Origin: Candidatus Kaiserbacteria bacterium
Lineage (GTDB): Bacteria > Patescibacteriota > Minisyncoccia > Phycocordibacterales > JABAAK01
Reading direction: 5' to 3'
DNA length: 64,000 nucleotides
Assembly: GCA_026713605.1 (NCBI GenBank)
Contig: JAPOOC010000010.1
Coordinates: 10,556 to 74,555 of the forward strand
Part shown: piece after piece, positions 26,881 to 36,245 of the stretch
How the letters are laid out: every line of letters starts with the position of its first letter
Numbering within the stretch: position 1 is the stretch's first letter
The notes under the pieces: model-generated
Databases searched by the model: none
What the model was told of the DNA's origin: nothing
The model's input: only the letters and a program-made list of their open reading frames with translations
Made by a program: the position numbers and the translations under genes

Positions 26881-29112
26881 ATGAAAAAAATAACACTAAA
26901 ACCATTTCAAGTTAATGCGATTGAAGGCCTGAAGAAGGAGGTGTTGCATCGATGGAGGAGAGATACACGGCAGGATATAAAGTTTCAGTCGCCGACAGGA
27001 TCGGGTAAGACGGTGATGATGGCTCAATTTGTGCGTGACTTGGTGAATGCGCCGGAATTATCAAATGCAGATTTTGCCTTTTTATGGGTGAGTATTGGCG
27101 GATCAAGTGATGGGGATCTGGCATATCAGAGCAGGAATAAGTTTGATGAGTACTATGGTGGCGCGTCTGAAGTTGCTGTTACCGGACTGGACAGCTTGAG
27201 TAGAGAGAAAAAAATGGAGCAAAACGAAATACTGTTTTTTAACTGGTCAAAGATTAAAACGAGAAATAAGGATGGCAGGAAACTGAGAAGGGAAAACGAA
27301 CAGGAGATAACGTGGGACGGCATGATACAGAGAACGCACGCAGAAGAGCGAGATATTATCCTCATCATTGACGAGGCGCACAACAGCAGCTCAACACTTC
27401 TTGCTGAGGAAGAGATAAGGTTGATCAATCCAAAGATGGTGATACACATCACCGCAACGCACCGGGATCAAAGTAATATAGATGTGCATGTCACTCCTCA
27501 GGAAGTAGTACAAGCTGGGCTTATAAAAGAGTTAATCAAATCACAAACACAGCAGGATTTTAAGGATAAGCGAGTGAAAGATTTAGACAAACATGTTCTC
27601 AAACTATCTCTCAAAAAGAGAAAAGAGATTGCATCTTTGTATAAAAAAGAAAAAGTGGATGTAAATCCGCTACTTATGATTCAGTTGCCAAATGATGATC
27701 GGGCAAATCAGGAAGAAGAAACAAAAAAAGAATCTGTGCTGCGATGGCTGAAAGAAGAAGGTGTTGATGAAAACACTGTTGCGATATGGCTTGATAAAGA
27801 GAAAACACGATTAGAGAACATAACGATGCATAATAACGGTATCGATATTCTGCTATTCAAGCAGGCACCGGCTACTGGCTGGGATTGTCCAAGGGCACAG
27901 GTATTGTTGATGTATCGTGAAACAAAGGATCCCGTCTTTCAAGTGCAGGTGTTGGGGAGGATTTTGCGCATGCCGGAAGGAAAGCATTACACAAAATCAA
28001 AATTAAACAGTTCGTACCTCTACACCACCTACACAAAAAATGAGATTATTGACAATTACGGTAATTACCAAGGAGAAAATCAATTAGCAATCTTTCGTGC
28101 ATCTATTAAAAAAGCTATTGAGCAAATTAAACTCAAAACATTTGTTTCTCAAAGAACCAGTTACAACGACCTTGGAAAAACATTTCAGTTCACCTTTATC
28201 AAAACTGCCAACAAAGCATTTGATAAAAAGAAATCCTTTCAGTCCTGCTTTACCTTCGGCGAAGAGGTTGAGTTAGATTTGATAGTTGATCAGGATATAC
28301 GAGATTACGATGGCTTTATACAAGCAATTAAAGAGGCGGACAGTTTGGGGCAAAAAATGTCTCGCAATGATATAGAGAAGTTGTATAAGAAATTGTGTAT
28401 TGAGATTTTACATAAACAGGAAGAAGAAACAAAATTTAAAAACATCGCCAGGTCATACGGAAAATTAAAATCTGCTATTAATGTGTGGTTTGAAAAATAT
28501 GTTGGTATTAGAGATAAAAATGAATACTACCCTTGTGTTGTGAATGACCTTAACAGAGGGGCAAACAGCATCCTGCTCCCAGTGATAAATAAGGCATTGG
28601 AACAATATGTTTCTGTAAGAAGTAAGGAGGAGGAGGAGCGAGACAAAAAAAAGGTTGATACCAAGGAAATTCTAATACCCCTAAGTGATTTCTCTTATAC
28701 AAGCAACTATGAAGAAATATCAAGTACCAAATGCGCCATGTCGCCGTGTTATGTAAACAAGAATAATGAAAACGAGAGAAAGTTCATAGAATATCTTGAG
28801 AATAATGCATCTGTTGAGTGGTGGTATAAAAATGGGGAAAACGGATCAGAACATTTCTCTATAAGAAGGGATAGTGGTAATTTATTTTTTCCCGACTGGT
28901 TTATTAAAACAAAAAAAGACATTTGGGTGGTAGACACGAAAGGAGGGTTCACTGCTGAAGGAGAAAGTGCTGTTTCTCGGGCAAAAGCATTAGACATATG
29001 GTTGAAAGAAAACAAAAACTTTAAGGGAGGTCTTGTAAAGGAAGTTTCTGGTCTTTGGAAGATTGCAAAAGATACAAAGTTGGAAAAGTGGGTTGATTGG
29101 AATTTTGAATAA
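26881..29112 (+). CDS. Type III restriction enzyme Res-like DEAH-box helicase with C-terminal PD-(D/E)xK-type nuclease region
   Basis: LKPFQ Q-motif, SPTGSGKT Walker A, IIDEAHN DEAH box; C-terminal FFPDWFIK...VVDTKGG nuclease-like motif. Confidence 0.75.
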   Translation: MKKITLKPFQVNAIEGLKKEVLHRWRRDTRQDIKFQSPTGSGKTVMMAQFVRDLVNAPELSNADFAFLWVSIGGSSDGDLAYQSRNKFDEYYGGASEVAVTGLDSLSREKKMEQNEILFFNWSKIKTRNKDGRKLRRENEQEITWDGMIQRTHAEERDIILIIDEAHNSSSTLLAEEEIRLINPKMVIHITATHRDQSNIDVHVTPQEVVQAGLIKELIKSQTQQDFKDKRVKDLDKHVLKLSLKKRKEIASLYKKEKVDVNPLLMIQLPNDDRANQEEETKKESVLRWLKEEGVDENTVAIWLDKEKTRLENITMHNNGIDILLFKQAPATGWDCPRAQVLLMYRETKDPVFQVQVLGRILRMPEGKHYTKSKLNSSYLYTTYTKNEIIDNYGNYQGENQLAIFRASIKKAIEQIKLKTFVSQRTSYNDLGKTFQFTFIKTANKAFDKKKSFQSCFTFGEEVELDLIVDQDIRDYDGFIQAIKEADSLGQKMSRNDIEKLYKKLCIEILHKQEEETKFKNIARSYGKLKSAINVWFEKYVGIRDKNEYYPCVVNDLNRGANSILLPVINKALEQYVSVRSKEEEERDKKKVDTKEILIPLSDFSYTSNYEEISSTKCAMSPCYVNKNNENERKFIEYLENNASVEWWYKNGENGSEHFSIRRDSGNLFFPDWFIKTKKDIWVVDTKGGFTAEGESAVSRAKALDIWLKENKNFKGGLVKEVSGLWKIAKDTKLEKWVDWNFE

Positions 29113-29223
29113 AAGTTATTTTTCCCATGTGATAATCATGTTCTTGTTCCCTGTCTGGATACCCCTCTTTTTTATAAAATTTATAAAACTGTTAAGTGAG
29201 TAGATGGCGGGAAACATTTTAAA

Positions 29224-29256
29224 AGGGGCGGTCAATGACCGCCCCTTTATTGTTTT
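29224..29256 (+). terminator. rho-independent terminator closing the island operon
   Basis: 9-bp stem GGGGCGGTC/GACCGCCCC, loop AAT, followed by TTTATTGTTTTT. Confidence 0.65.
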
Positions 29257-29367
29257 TATGTATTCTAGTCCGCTCTTGGGAAGTTGTACTTGAAATGAAG
29301 GAGTGTTTTGAAAGTAACTTGCACGATATGTACAATCCTTTGCTTACTAAGTATATACTGTTGGTGT

Positions 29368-30504
29368 ATGCGTTTTTCTCGGTTGTTTTTGCTTCTTGTG
29401 GTGATATTTGGTGTTGTGTTGTATGTGTATTTTCCACTCCATGAATCGGCGGTTGATACTGCCGCTCGTGATGTTTCTGTTGTGACCTCAGATATCGGTT
29501 CGGATGTCGCCGGGTATGAGGTTGTGGCGGACAATTTTGTGATTCCGTGGGACATTGCATTTCTTCCTGATGGTGGCTTGCTCGTAACTGAACGGGGCGG
29601 CGCGCTCATTCGTGTGCGAGAGAATGGTGTTCGGCACCGCATCATGTTTGATGACACATATCATGTTGGGGAGGGAGGGTTGCTCGGTGTTGCGCTGCAC
29701 CCCCTGTTTAAAGAAAATGGATTTGTTTATCTCTACAGCACACAGCATTCCAGTGGTGGCACGGTCAATCGGGTGGAGCGGTTTGTGTTTCGGGATGCGA
29801 ATTCTTCTACTCCAGAGATCACTGACCGAACTGTTATTATTGATGCTATTCCAGGTGCTGTGTATCACGATGGCGGACGAATTGCATTTGGTCCTGATGG
29901 TTATCTTTATATCACTACAGGTGACGCAACAGATCCTGACCTGGCACAGGATAAAACTTCTTTGGCGGGGAAAATTTTGCGGGTAACTGATGATGGTGGT
30001 ATTCCGCCGGACAATCCGTTCGGCACGGCGGTGTATTCCCTTGGACATCGCAATCCACAAGGGATTGCGTGGGATGAGCGTGGTGCGCTTTGGAGTACTG
30101 AGCATGGTCGCTCTGGTGTCCGCTCCGGATTGGATGAGATAAACAAGATTGAACGGGGTGGTAACTATGGTTGGCCGCTCCTGCAGGGAGATGACAAGCG
30201 AGACGGATTTGTGGCGCCGGCATTGCATTCTGGGCAAAATACTTGGGCGCCTGCGAGCGCGGTTTTTGTTGGGAGTACACTTTTCTTCGGTGGCTTGCGA
30301 GGTGAGACATTGTATGCGTATGAGCCGGACACTGGCATACTTCGCTCTTTTTACACCAGCGCCTTTGGTAGGATTCGCACTGTCCGTTACCGATCGCAGG
30401 AAAACGCGCTCTACATAACAACGAGTAATCGTGACGGTCGTGGTACACCACACCTTGGTGATGACAAAATCATCCGCATTCTCGTTGAGGATTTGAGGAT
30501 GTAG
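29368..30504 (+). CDS. PQQ-dependent sugar (glucose/sorbosone) dehydrogenase, beta-propeller, membrane-anchored
   Basis: FVIPWDIAFLPDGGLLVTERGGALIRV, GGLLGVALHP and HDGGRIAFGPDGYLYITTGDA match the soluble GDH/YliI family. Confidence 0.75.
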   Translation: MRFSRLFLLLVVIFGVVLYVYFPLHESAVDTAARDVSVVTSDIGSDVAGYEVVADNFVIPWDIAFLPDGGLLVTERGGALIRVRENGVRHRIMFDDTYHVGEGGLLGVALHPLFKENGFVYLYSTQHSSGGTVNRVERFVFRDANSSTPEITDRTVIIDAIPGAVYHDGGRIAFGPDGYLYITTGDATDPDLAQDKTSLAGKILRVTDDGGIPPDNPFGTAVYSLGHRNPQGIAWDERGALWSTEHGRSGVRSGLDEINKIERGGNYGWPLLQGDDKRDGFVAPALHSGQNTWAPASAVFVGSTLFFGGLRGETLYAYEPDTGILRSFYTSAFGRIRTVRYRSQENALYITTSNRDGRGTPHLGDDKIIRILVEDLRM

Positions 30505-30651
30505 CGGTCTGTGTATATACAGAAGGGTTGTGTGGGCAATAGTTGGATACTCTCCTTATCTTTGCTGTGTATTTTTTATTGAGAAAACATTTACACTGGA
30601 TGCTGCGTTGGTTGCGCTGTGTATTATTTTTTATTGGTATAGTGTGTTTGT

Positions 30652-31029
30652 ATGTATGTTAGGAAAAATATAGGGGAAATAGTGAAGGTCAGTACGGTCC
30701 CGGCGCTTATTGCATCACTGTGCTGTTTTTCTCCGATACTGCTTGTTTCGCTTGGGGTTATTTCAGTTAGTGTTGCTGGTGATCTTGCTCACATGCTGTA
30801 TGGTGAGCTCAAATGGCTGTTTCGCTTGGCTGGGTTTATTGCGCTTGTTGTTTTTCTTGTTTCTTATCTCAGAAGAAAGAAAGGTATCTGCACCTTGAAT
30901 GATGTGAAGAAACGGAGAAATGAGATTATCAATATCGCTGCGCTGGTGCTTATTGCTGGTGCTGTGTTGTATGTAATCTTTTTGTACGGCGTTGCTGAGG
31001 TGATTGGGAAGGCACTGGGTATCTGGTAG
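30652..31029 (+). CDS. hypothetical membrane protein (3-4 TM)
   Basis: 125-aa hydrophobic ORF. Confidence 0.35.
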   Translation: MYVRKNIGEIVKVSTVPALIASLCCFSPILLVSLGVISVSVAGDLAHMLYGELKWLFRLAGFIALVVFLVSYLRRKKGICTLNDVKKRRNEIINIAALVLIAGAVLYVIFLYGVAEVIGKALGIW

Positions 31030-31072
31030 GTTTTTGTAGCACTCTTATGGTATTTCTGATTTTTGTGTTTCT

Positions 31073-31360
31073 CTACTGTGCAATCTGTTGGAGTGTTGCT
31101 TCTATGTCATCTACTGTTTTGAGACAGAAGCGGTAGACATCTGCAAAGAGTGCTTCGTCTTGTGTTAGTGTTTCTATCTTGATACTCTCACTGCCGGTTA
31201 TTTTTGTAATACACTCCTTTATTTGCGTTATGTCGGTTGCTGGCTCGTAGGTATGGTTTATCTTTTTTGGCTGTGCTATCATTATTGTCGCCACGACTAT
31301 TATGCCAACACCCGCAATCACTATCCCTATCATTTTGTTCTTCTTTACCTCTTTGCTCAT
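31073..31360 (-). CDS. small N-terminally anchored hypothetical protein
   Basis: 95 aa; TM helix MIGIVIAGVGIIVVATIMIA then a soluble domain. Confidence 0.35.
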   Translation of the reverse strand: MSKEVKKNKMIGIVIAGVGIIVVATIMIAQPKKINHTYEPATDITQIKECITKITGSESIKIETLTQDEALFADVYRFCLKTVDDIEATLQQIAQ

Positions 31361-31432
31361 TATTATTAATTATACAGCAGGGTTCTTGCGTTGTGTGTAT
31401 TCTTTAGTGTTACGGTGTATAATTGAAATTAT

Positions 31433-31505
31433 GGTGCCTATGGTGTAATGGTTAGCACTTGGGCTTGTGGAGCCCACAGAGAGGGTTCGAATCCCTCTAG
31501 GCACC
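31433..31505 (+). tRNA. tRNA-His (anticodon GTG) with genome-encoded G-1, no encoded CCA
   Basis: G-1 (31433) pairs with discriminator C; acceptor GTGCCTA/TAGGCAC; anticodon stem TGGGC/GCCCA, loop TTGTGGA; T-arm GAGGGTTCGAATCCCTC. Confidence 0.85.
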
Positions 31506-31679
31506 CCTTCTCTCTGTTTTAGTGTTTTTTGTACCTATTCTTATTTTTTTTGACAAAATTGTTATTATATCGTATGGTTTTTGTCAAGATTGCAAGGATT
31601 GGCGACTGTAGGTATACTATCCAAGATGGTGTGTGGTTTGTAAGTAGATTATTACCAATAATTAACTTACAACTATAGC

Positions 31680-32111
31680 ATGATTACAATACAAAAAAAC
31701 AGGCGACTGGCAATACTGAGTGTCATCTGTGCCTTTGCTTTTGTGACTTTTTTGGGGGTTACTACTGATGTAACCGCTGATGGTGTTGTTCAGTCATTGA
31801 CAAATGCGTTTGTCGGTGCTTCTGTAACCACCTCTCCTCATCAGTCATATGGGCAAGGTGTGGCATTGATACCACATCAGGTACACCCACTGCACCGCGA
31901 TCGTAACCTGCACATAACGCAGGTAGACGAGGTGTTTACGGATTCTGCTGTGGCTGGTTCAGTGGCACCTACCTCTGTTGACTCGGCGGATCAGCGGTCA
32001 GATTTGACCACCGTTGAGACACAATATGTCGGGCAAGGGGTTGCACTGATACCGGATCACAATTACTCTTCTGTGCGTCGCAATCGATCTTGGAAGATAT
32101 CACATCTTTAA
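31680..32111 (+). CDS. secreted protein with internal (Y)GQGVALIP(H/D) repeats, hypothetical
   Basis: Signal peptide MITIQKNRRLAILSVICAFAFVTFLGVTTDVTA; two copies of the QGVALIP motif. Confidence 0.45.
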   Translation: MITIQKNRRLAILSVICAFAFVTFLGVTTDVTADGVVQSLTNAFVGASVTTSPHQSYGQGVALIPHQVHPLHRDRNLHITQVDEVFTDSAVAGSVAPTSVDSADQRSDLTTVETQYVGQGVALIPDHNYSSVRRNRSWKISHL

Positions 32112-32136
32112 TCACTTAGATGTCTGAAAAATAAAA

Positions 32137-32177
32137 CCACCCGTGCGTGAATAAACGCATGGGTGGTTTTGTTTTTT
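32137..32177 (+). terminator. rho-independent terminator
   Basis: Stem CCACCCGTGCG/CGCATGGGTGG (one G-U), loop TGAATAAA, T-tract. Confidence 0.6.
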
Positions 32178-32192
32178 GCATGATGGTCTGTT

Positions 32193-33755
32193 TTGCGTGA
32201 TATACTTTTGGTAGGTATGCGTTTTCTTTCCCGCAGGAATGTTAGTATTGTGTTAGCTATAATTGTGGTGGTGGTGGGTGCATATCTTTTTGTGATACAA
32301 CCTATGTCAGAACAGAAAAATCGTACGCAAGTTATGCTCGCCCGACACCAGGATTTCGTGATTGCGACTGGTCGTGTTGAGGCGCGGGATGATGTTACCC
32401 TCTCGTTTGAAGGTGGGGGATCTGTTTCTCGTGTTGTGTACCAGGCAGGTGATACCGTCTCTGATGGATCTGTCATCGCTTCGTTGGATGCAGACACCCT
32501 GCAGGCAGATGTGGAGGCACAGCGGTTGCGAGTGCAGCAGGCGTCTACTCGTTTGGGTGGGCTTGTTGACGGACCTGAGGATGCTGAGCGGATGCGGGTT
32601 GAGGCGGATGTTGCTGTTGCCGAAAAAATGATGGATCAGGAAGTGCATCTTGCTTTGGTCTCAGCACAGAAAATTGCTGGTGGCGTTGAGCATGTGGTAC
32701 GCACAGAATTTGATACACTCTTTGGTCGATCAGGGGAAGATTTTCGCTTCAAGATGAATATCCCCTCTACTGATAAACAGCGTATCGGGGCGATTCGTGA
32801 AGGTTTTGAAGAAGTGTTTGATCGTTGGCGCATCTGGCTGAATAACAGCGAATTTACCTACCACCAGTCCATTATTATTTCAAAACAATTAGAGAGTGAT
32901 TTACGGTTACTGCACGGTGGTCTTGTTGAGATATATGACTTTGTGCTGCCGTTTCGTACTTCTCAGGCGGAAGGGGAGAATGTGTTCTTGCTTTCCTCAA
33001 AGTTGCGTGAAACATTTGTTTCAGCGATTGTTGATGTGGTGCGACATATTAATACTGTTGAGGTTTCCCGAGCAAGGTACCAACTGGCTGTTGCTCAATC
33101 AAAGGAGGTCTTTGCTGGTGGCACAAAATCGGATCAAGAGGCGCAGGAGGCGCAAATTGATATTGAACGAAAGAATCTGCGACGGCTTGAGTTGCAGTTG
33201 GCGAAAACGGAAATTAAAGCACCCTTTGACGGCGTGGTTGGTGAAATTTTTGTTACTGAGGGTGAGGTTATCTCCGCAGGAGCTGATGCGGTTCGGTTTA
33301 TCTCTCAAAAGGGATTCAGTTTGTCGGTTGATGTGACGGAAGTTGAGATACAAGATGTTGTTCTTAATCAGGAAATGCAGGCGTATGTTGAGGTGACTGG
33401 CGATGAGATAGCGGTGCGGGTACGAACTATTGACGCAACTGAAAAGCGGGTGAATGATGTGCCGGTGTATACCGTTGTATTAGATGTCAGTGAGGAGCAC
33501 CCTTCACTTCGTCCCGGCATGACGGTGGATGTGTACATCCCTTCTGGTGAGGCAACCGATGTGTTTTCTGTGCCGCGGACAGCTATCACTAAAAGGGATG
33601 GGAAAGATTTTGTACTGATTGAACGAGGTGGCGACTCTATGTTAATACCGGTTGTGGTAGGTGCATCTCTTGATGATGGTTTCGTTGCAGTAACTGGAGA
33701 ATTGTTTAAGGACGATGTCGTCGTATTTAAGGATCATGGCAATACAAAGAAATGA
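32193..33755 (+). CDS. HlyD-family membrane fusion / periplasmic adaptor protein
   Basis: N-terminal TM anchor, long coiled-coil (LQADVEAQRLRVQQ...), and EIKAPFDGVVGEIFVTEGEVIS lipoyl/beta-barrel hairpin typical of MFPs. Confidence 0.7.
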   Translation: MRDILLVGMRFLSRRNVSIVLAIIVVVVGAYLFVIQPMSEQKNRTQVMLARHQDFVIATGRVEARDDVTLSFEGGGSVSRVVYQAGDTVSDGSVIASLDADTLQADVEAQRLRVQQASTRLGGLVDGPEDAERMRVEADVAVAEKMMDQEVHLALVSAQKIAGGVEHVVRTEFDTLFGRSGEDFRFKMNIPSTDKQRIGAIREGFEEVFDRWRIWLNNSEFTYHQSIIISKQLESDLRLLHGGLVEIYDFVLPFRTSQAEGENVFLLSSKLRETFVSAIVDVVRHINTVEVSRARYQLAVAQSKEVFAGGTKSDQEAQEAQIDIERKNLRRLELQLAKTEIKAPFDGVVGEIFVTEGEVISAGADAVRFISQKGFSLSVDVTEVEIQDVVLNQEMQAYVEVTGDEIAVRVRTIDATEKRVNDVPVYTVVLDVSEEHPSLRPGMTVDVYIPSGEATDVFSVPRTAITKRDGKDFVLIERGGDSMLIPVVVGASLDDGFVAVTGELFKDDVVVFKDHGNTKK

Positions 33756-35076
33756 TTTTTCTGTTGGCTCTTTTTTGACGCTGCGGTACATTCGCGGTGC
33801 TAATCGGTGGACAACTGCGCTTATTGTGTTCGTGATGGTGCTCACATTTTTGAATTTGACCGTTATTGGTGGGCTATTGGAAGGCATTGTGGTCGGTTCG
33901 TTTGTTGGGTTGCGAGACCGTGCGATTGGGGATGTGTTTATTTCTGCAAAGGAAGGTGAATCTTCGGTTGGTAGAACGCAATATATACTGCGTGACCTGC
34001 GAGGTGATGCGCGTATTGTGTCATTTTCACCACGGTATAGTACGCGGGTTGAGGTGATTACTGAGGACGATGTGTACATGGTTACCAATGCAAATGAGCA
34101 ACGGAAGTCGGTGACTGCGACCGCTCTTGGTATTGATCCTGAGGCGGAACAGCGAACGACAAATTTGCCCGCCAGCTTGCTTGAAGGGAGTTATTTCAGT
34201 CCATCTGGATCGCGTCGGGAAATTTTGATTGGTAGCGCACTGTTGGAGCGATACTCACCGTTCGGCGCTGATGTGCTTTCCGGTGTGCACCCAGGAGATT
34301 TTGTTTTTCTTCGTATGGGTGGTGTAGGTGGTAGTGGTTTTGGCTATGACACAGACGATGATCGATTGAGTAACAATGCTTTGTCTGGAGGTCGTAGTGC
34401 TGTTTCTGAAACGACTTTGCAGAAATATCGAGTGCGCGGTGTCTACCGCACAAAAGCAGGTGAGCTTGATCTGGCAATCATCATGCACGATGATGAGGTC
34501 CGTGCTAATAATCCTATTCCTGGCAATAATGCTAACAGTATTGCAATTCGCCTCTCTGATCCTGACAGTGCTGTTCTGGTACGAGATGATTTACTTAGTT
34601 CGTTTGGACGGTATGCGAAAATTGAAACTGTTGATGACGCAATTGGCCCTTTTCTCGGTGATATTCGGACCGTGTTTAAGATGCTTGGTTCTGTGGTCGG
34701 TGCTATTGGGTTAGCGGTTGCATCAGTAACTATTTTTATTATTATTTTTGTTACCGCAGTTTCTCGAAGTCGGTTCATTGGTATTCTAAAAGCAATTGGT
34801 ATTACCCCACATGCGATCCGGATATCATATGTGTTGTATGCTCTTTCATTTGCGGTGGTTGGTTCGCTGGTTGGCGCATCAATTCTTTACTTTGTGTTAG
34901 TGCCATTTTTTGCGGCAAATCCCATACCATTCCCTTTCAGTGATGGCATTTTGTATATTACACCGACTGGTGTTGCATTACAGATCGCCCTTCTTTTTGT
35001 TGCAACCTTTGTCGCAGGGTTGATTCCGGCACACCGGGTGGTACGCCGACCGGCGATAGAGGCAATCAGAGGGTAG
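33715..35076 (+). CDS. ABC transporter permease, FtsX/MacB-like
   Basis: N-terminal TM, large extracytoplasmic domain, C-terminal FtsX-type 3-TM bundle (FVTAVSRSRFIGILKAIGITP...). Confidence 0.7.
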   Translation: MSSYLRIMAIQRNDFSVGSFLTLRYIRGANRWTTALIVFVMVLTFLNLTVIGGLLEGIVVGSFVGLRDRAIGDVFISAKEGESSVGRTQYILRDLRGDARIVSFSPRYSTRVEVITEDDVYMVTNANEQRKSVTATALGIDPEAEQRTTNLPASLLEGSYFSPSGSRREILIGSALLERYSPFGADVLSGVHPGDFVFLRMGGVGGSGFGYDTDDDRLSNNALSGGRSAVSETTLQKYRVRGVYRTKAGELDLAIIMHDDEVRANNPIPGNNANSIAIRLSDPDSAVLVRDDLLSSFGRYAKIETVDDAIGPFLGDIRTVFKMLGSVVGAIGLAVASVTIFIIIFVTAVSRSRFIGILKAIGITPHAIRISYVLYALSFAVVGSLVGASILYFVLVPFFAANPIPFPFSDGILYITPTGVALQIALLFVATFVAGLIPAHRVVRRPAIEAIRG

Positions 35077-35217
35077 CGTGCGTTTTTGTTTCTGATGCGT
35101 GATCGACAAGATTTTTTTATACTATCAGTTTATATGCTTTACCCTGTTTGACGGTATGCGGTGGTACTATGTGAGTGTATGTGTGCAAGAAAGGCAGGTA
35201 GAAAAAAGGTTTCGAAA

Positions 35218-35883
35218 ATGGTGGCAGTTCGGGTGAGTAATCTGGTGAAGTCGTTTGTTGATGGTGACCGGGAGATACAGGTTTTGCGAGGGATTGACTT
35301 TTCTATTGCTCAAGGTGATTTTGTTGCTATCACTGGTGCATCTGGTACAGGTAAGAGTACCTTAGTGTACCAGATGGGTCTGCTGGATGAGCCGACGAGT
35401 GGTTCGGTATTTGTCGGGAATAAAAATGCTGGAAAGATGACGGTTTTGGAGCGAACAGCGTATCGCCTCAACCATTTTGGCTTTGTGTTTCAGGATTACG
35501 CACTCATTCCTGAGTTACGAGCGTGGGAAAATGTCGCCTTGCCGGTATTAATGCGTGGTGCCAGCCGACAGAAGGCACGAAAACAGGCGTCTGTGGTGTT
35601 GGATCGGTTTGGTATGGCTGATCGGATCAACCATTTTCCGAATCAGTTATCCGGCGGGGAAGGGCAACGGGTTTCTATCGCTCGGGCGATTGTGCATCAG
35701 CCGAAAGTGTTGTTTGCTGATGAGCCGACTGCCAATCTTGATTCTGATCGGTCACGACAGATTATAGATATTTTTCACGAACTCCATCGTGACGGGCAGA
35801 CCATTGTGATGGTAACGCATGAGATGGAGTACGCGAAAGAGGCAGTGCAGGTGGTGGTTATGCACGACGGAAGCATTGCCTGA
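35218..35883 (+). CDS. ABC transporter ATP-binding protein (MacB/LolD-like)
   Basis: GASGTGKST Walker A, LSGGEGQRVSIARA signature, LFADEPT Walker B. Confidence 0.85.
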   Translation: MVAVRVSNLVKSFVDGDREIQVLRGIDFSIAQGDFVAITGASGTGKSTLVYQMGLLDEPTSGSVFVGNKNAGKMTVLERTAYRLNHFGFVFQDYALIPELRAWENVALPVLMRGASRQKARKQASVVLDRFGMADRINHFPNQLSGGEGQRVSIARAIVHQPKVLFADEPTANLDSDRSRQIIDIFHELHRDGQTIVMVTHEMEYAKEAVQVVVMHDGSIA

Positions 35884-35922
35884 TTTTCTGTAGAATTATA
35901 TTTCAGTCATAGGCGGTTTGTC

Positions 35923-36171
35923 TTGTTATACTATATCTGTATGGTGTACGGAGTTCTTATTATGTTTTTCATCATTGTGGTGATGGGTATTTTCTTTATT
36001 GTTGTCAGTGGTGGGGTGAGTGATATGTGGGATACCGTGAAGGATGTTTTCCAGTATAAGCAGACGAGTGCACTGCTGGGGGCTGGGATCTTGTTGACAA
36101 TTCTTATTGTTGTCGGTGGTGGTGTTGCGCGGGAAGGGTTGACAATTATGGATATTCTGTTATGGCTGTAA
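35923..36171 (+). CDS. small 2-TM membrane protein, hypothetical
   Basis: 82-aa hydrophobic ORF. Confidence 0.3.
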   Translation: MLYYICMVYGVLIMFFIIVVMGIFFIVVSGGVSDMWDTVKDVFQYKQTSALLGAGILLTILIVVGGGVAREGLTIMDILLWL

Positions 36172-36245
36172 TACCTTTACTTTTTGGGCTATTTATGGTA
36201 TTTTGTCAGTAGTTTCTTGGAAAAAAATCTTTAGGAGGTATTGAA

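Noticed and set aside
29488-30453. 321-aa minus-strand ORF
   Set aside because: Antisense to the PQQ dehydrogenase gene, which has strong family motifs.
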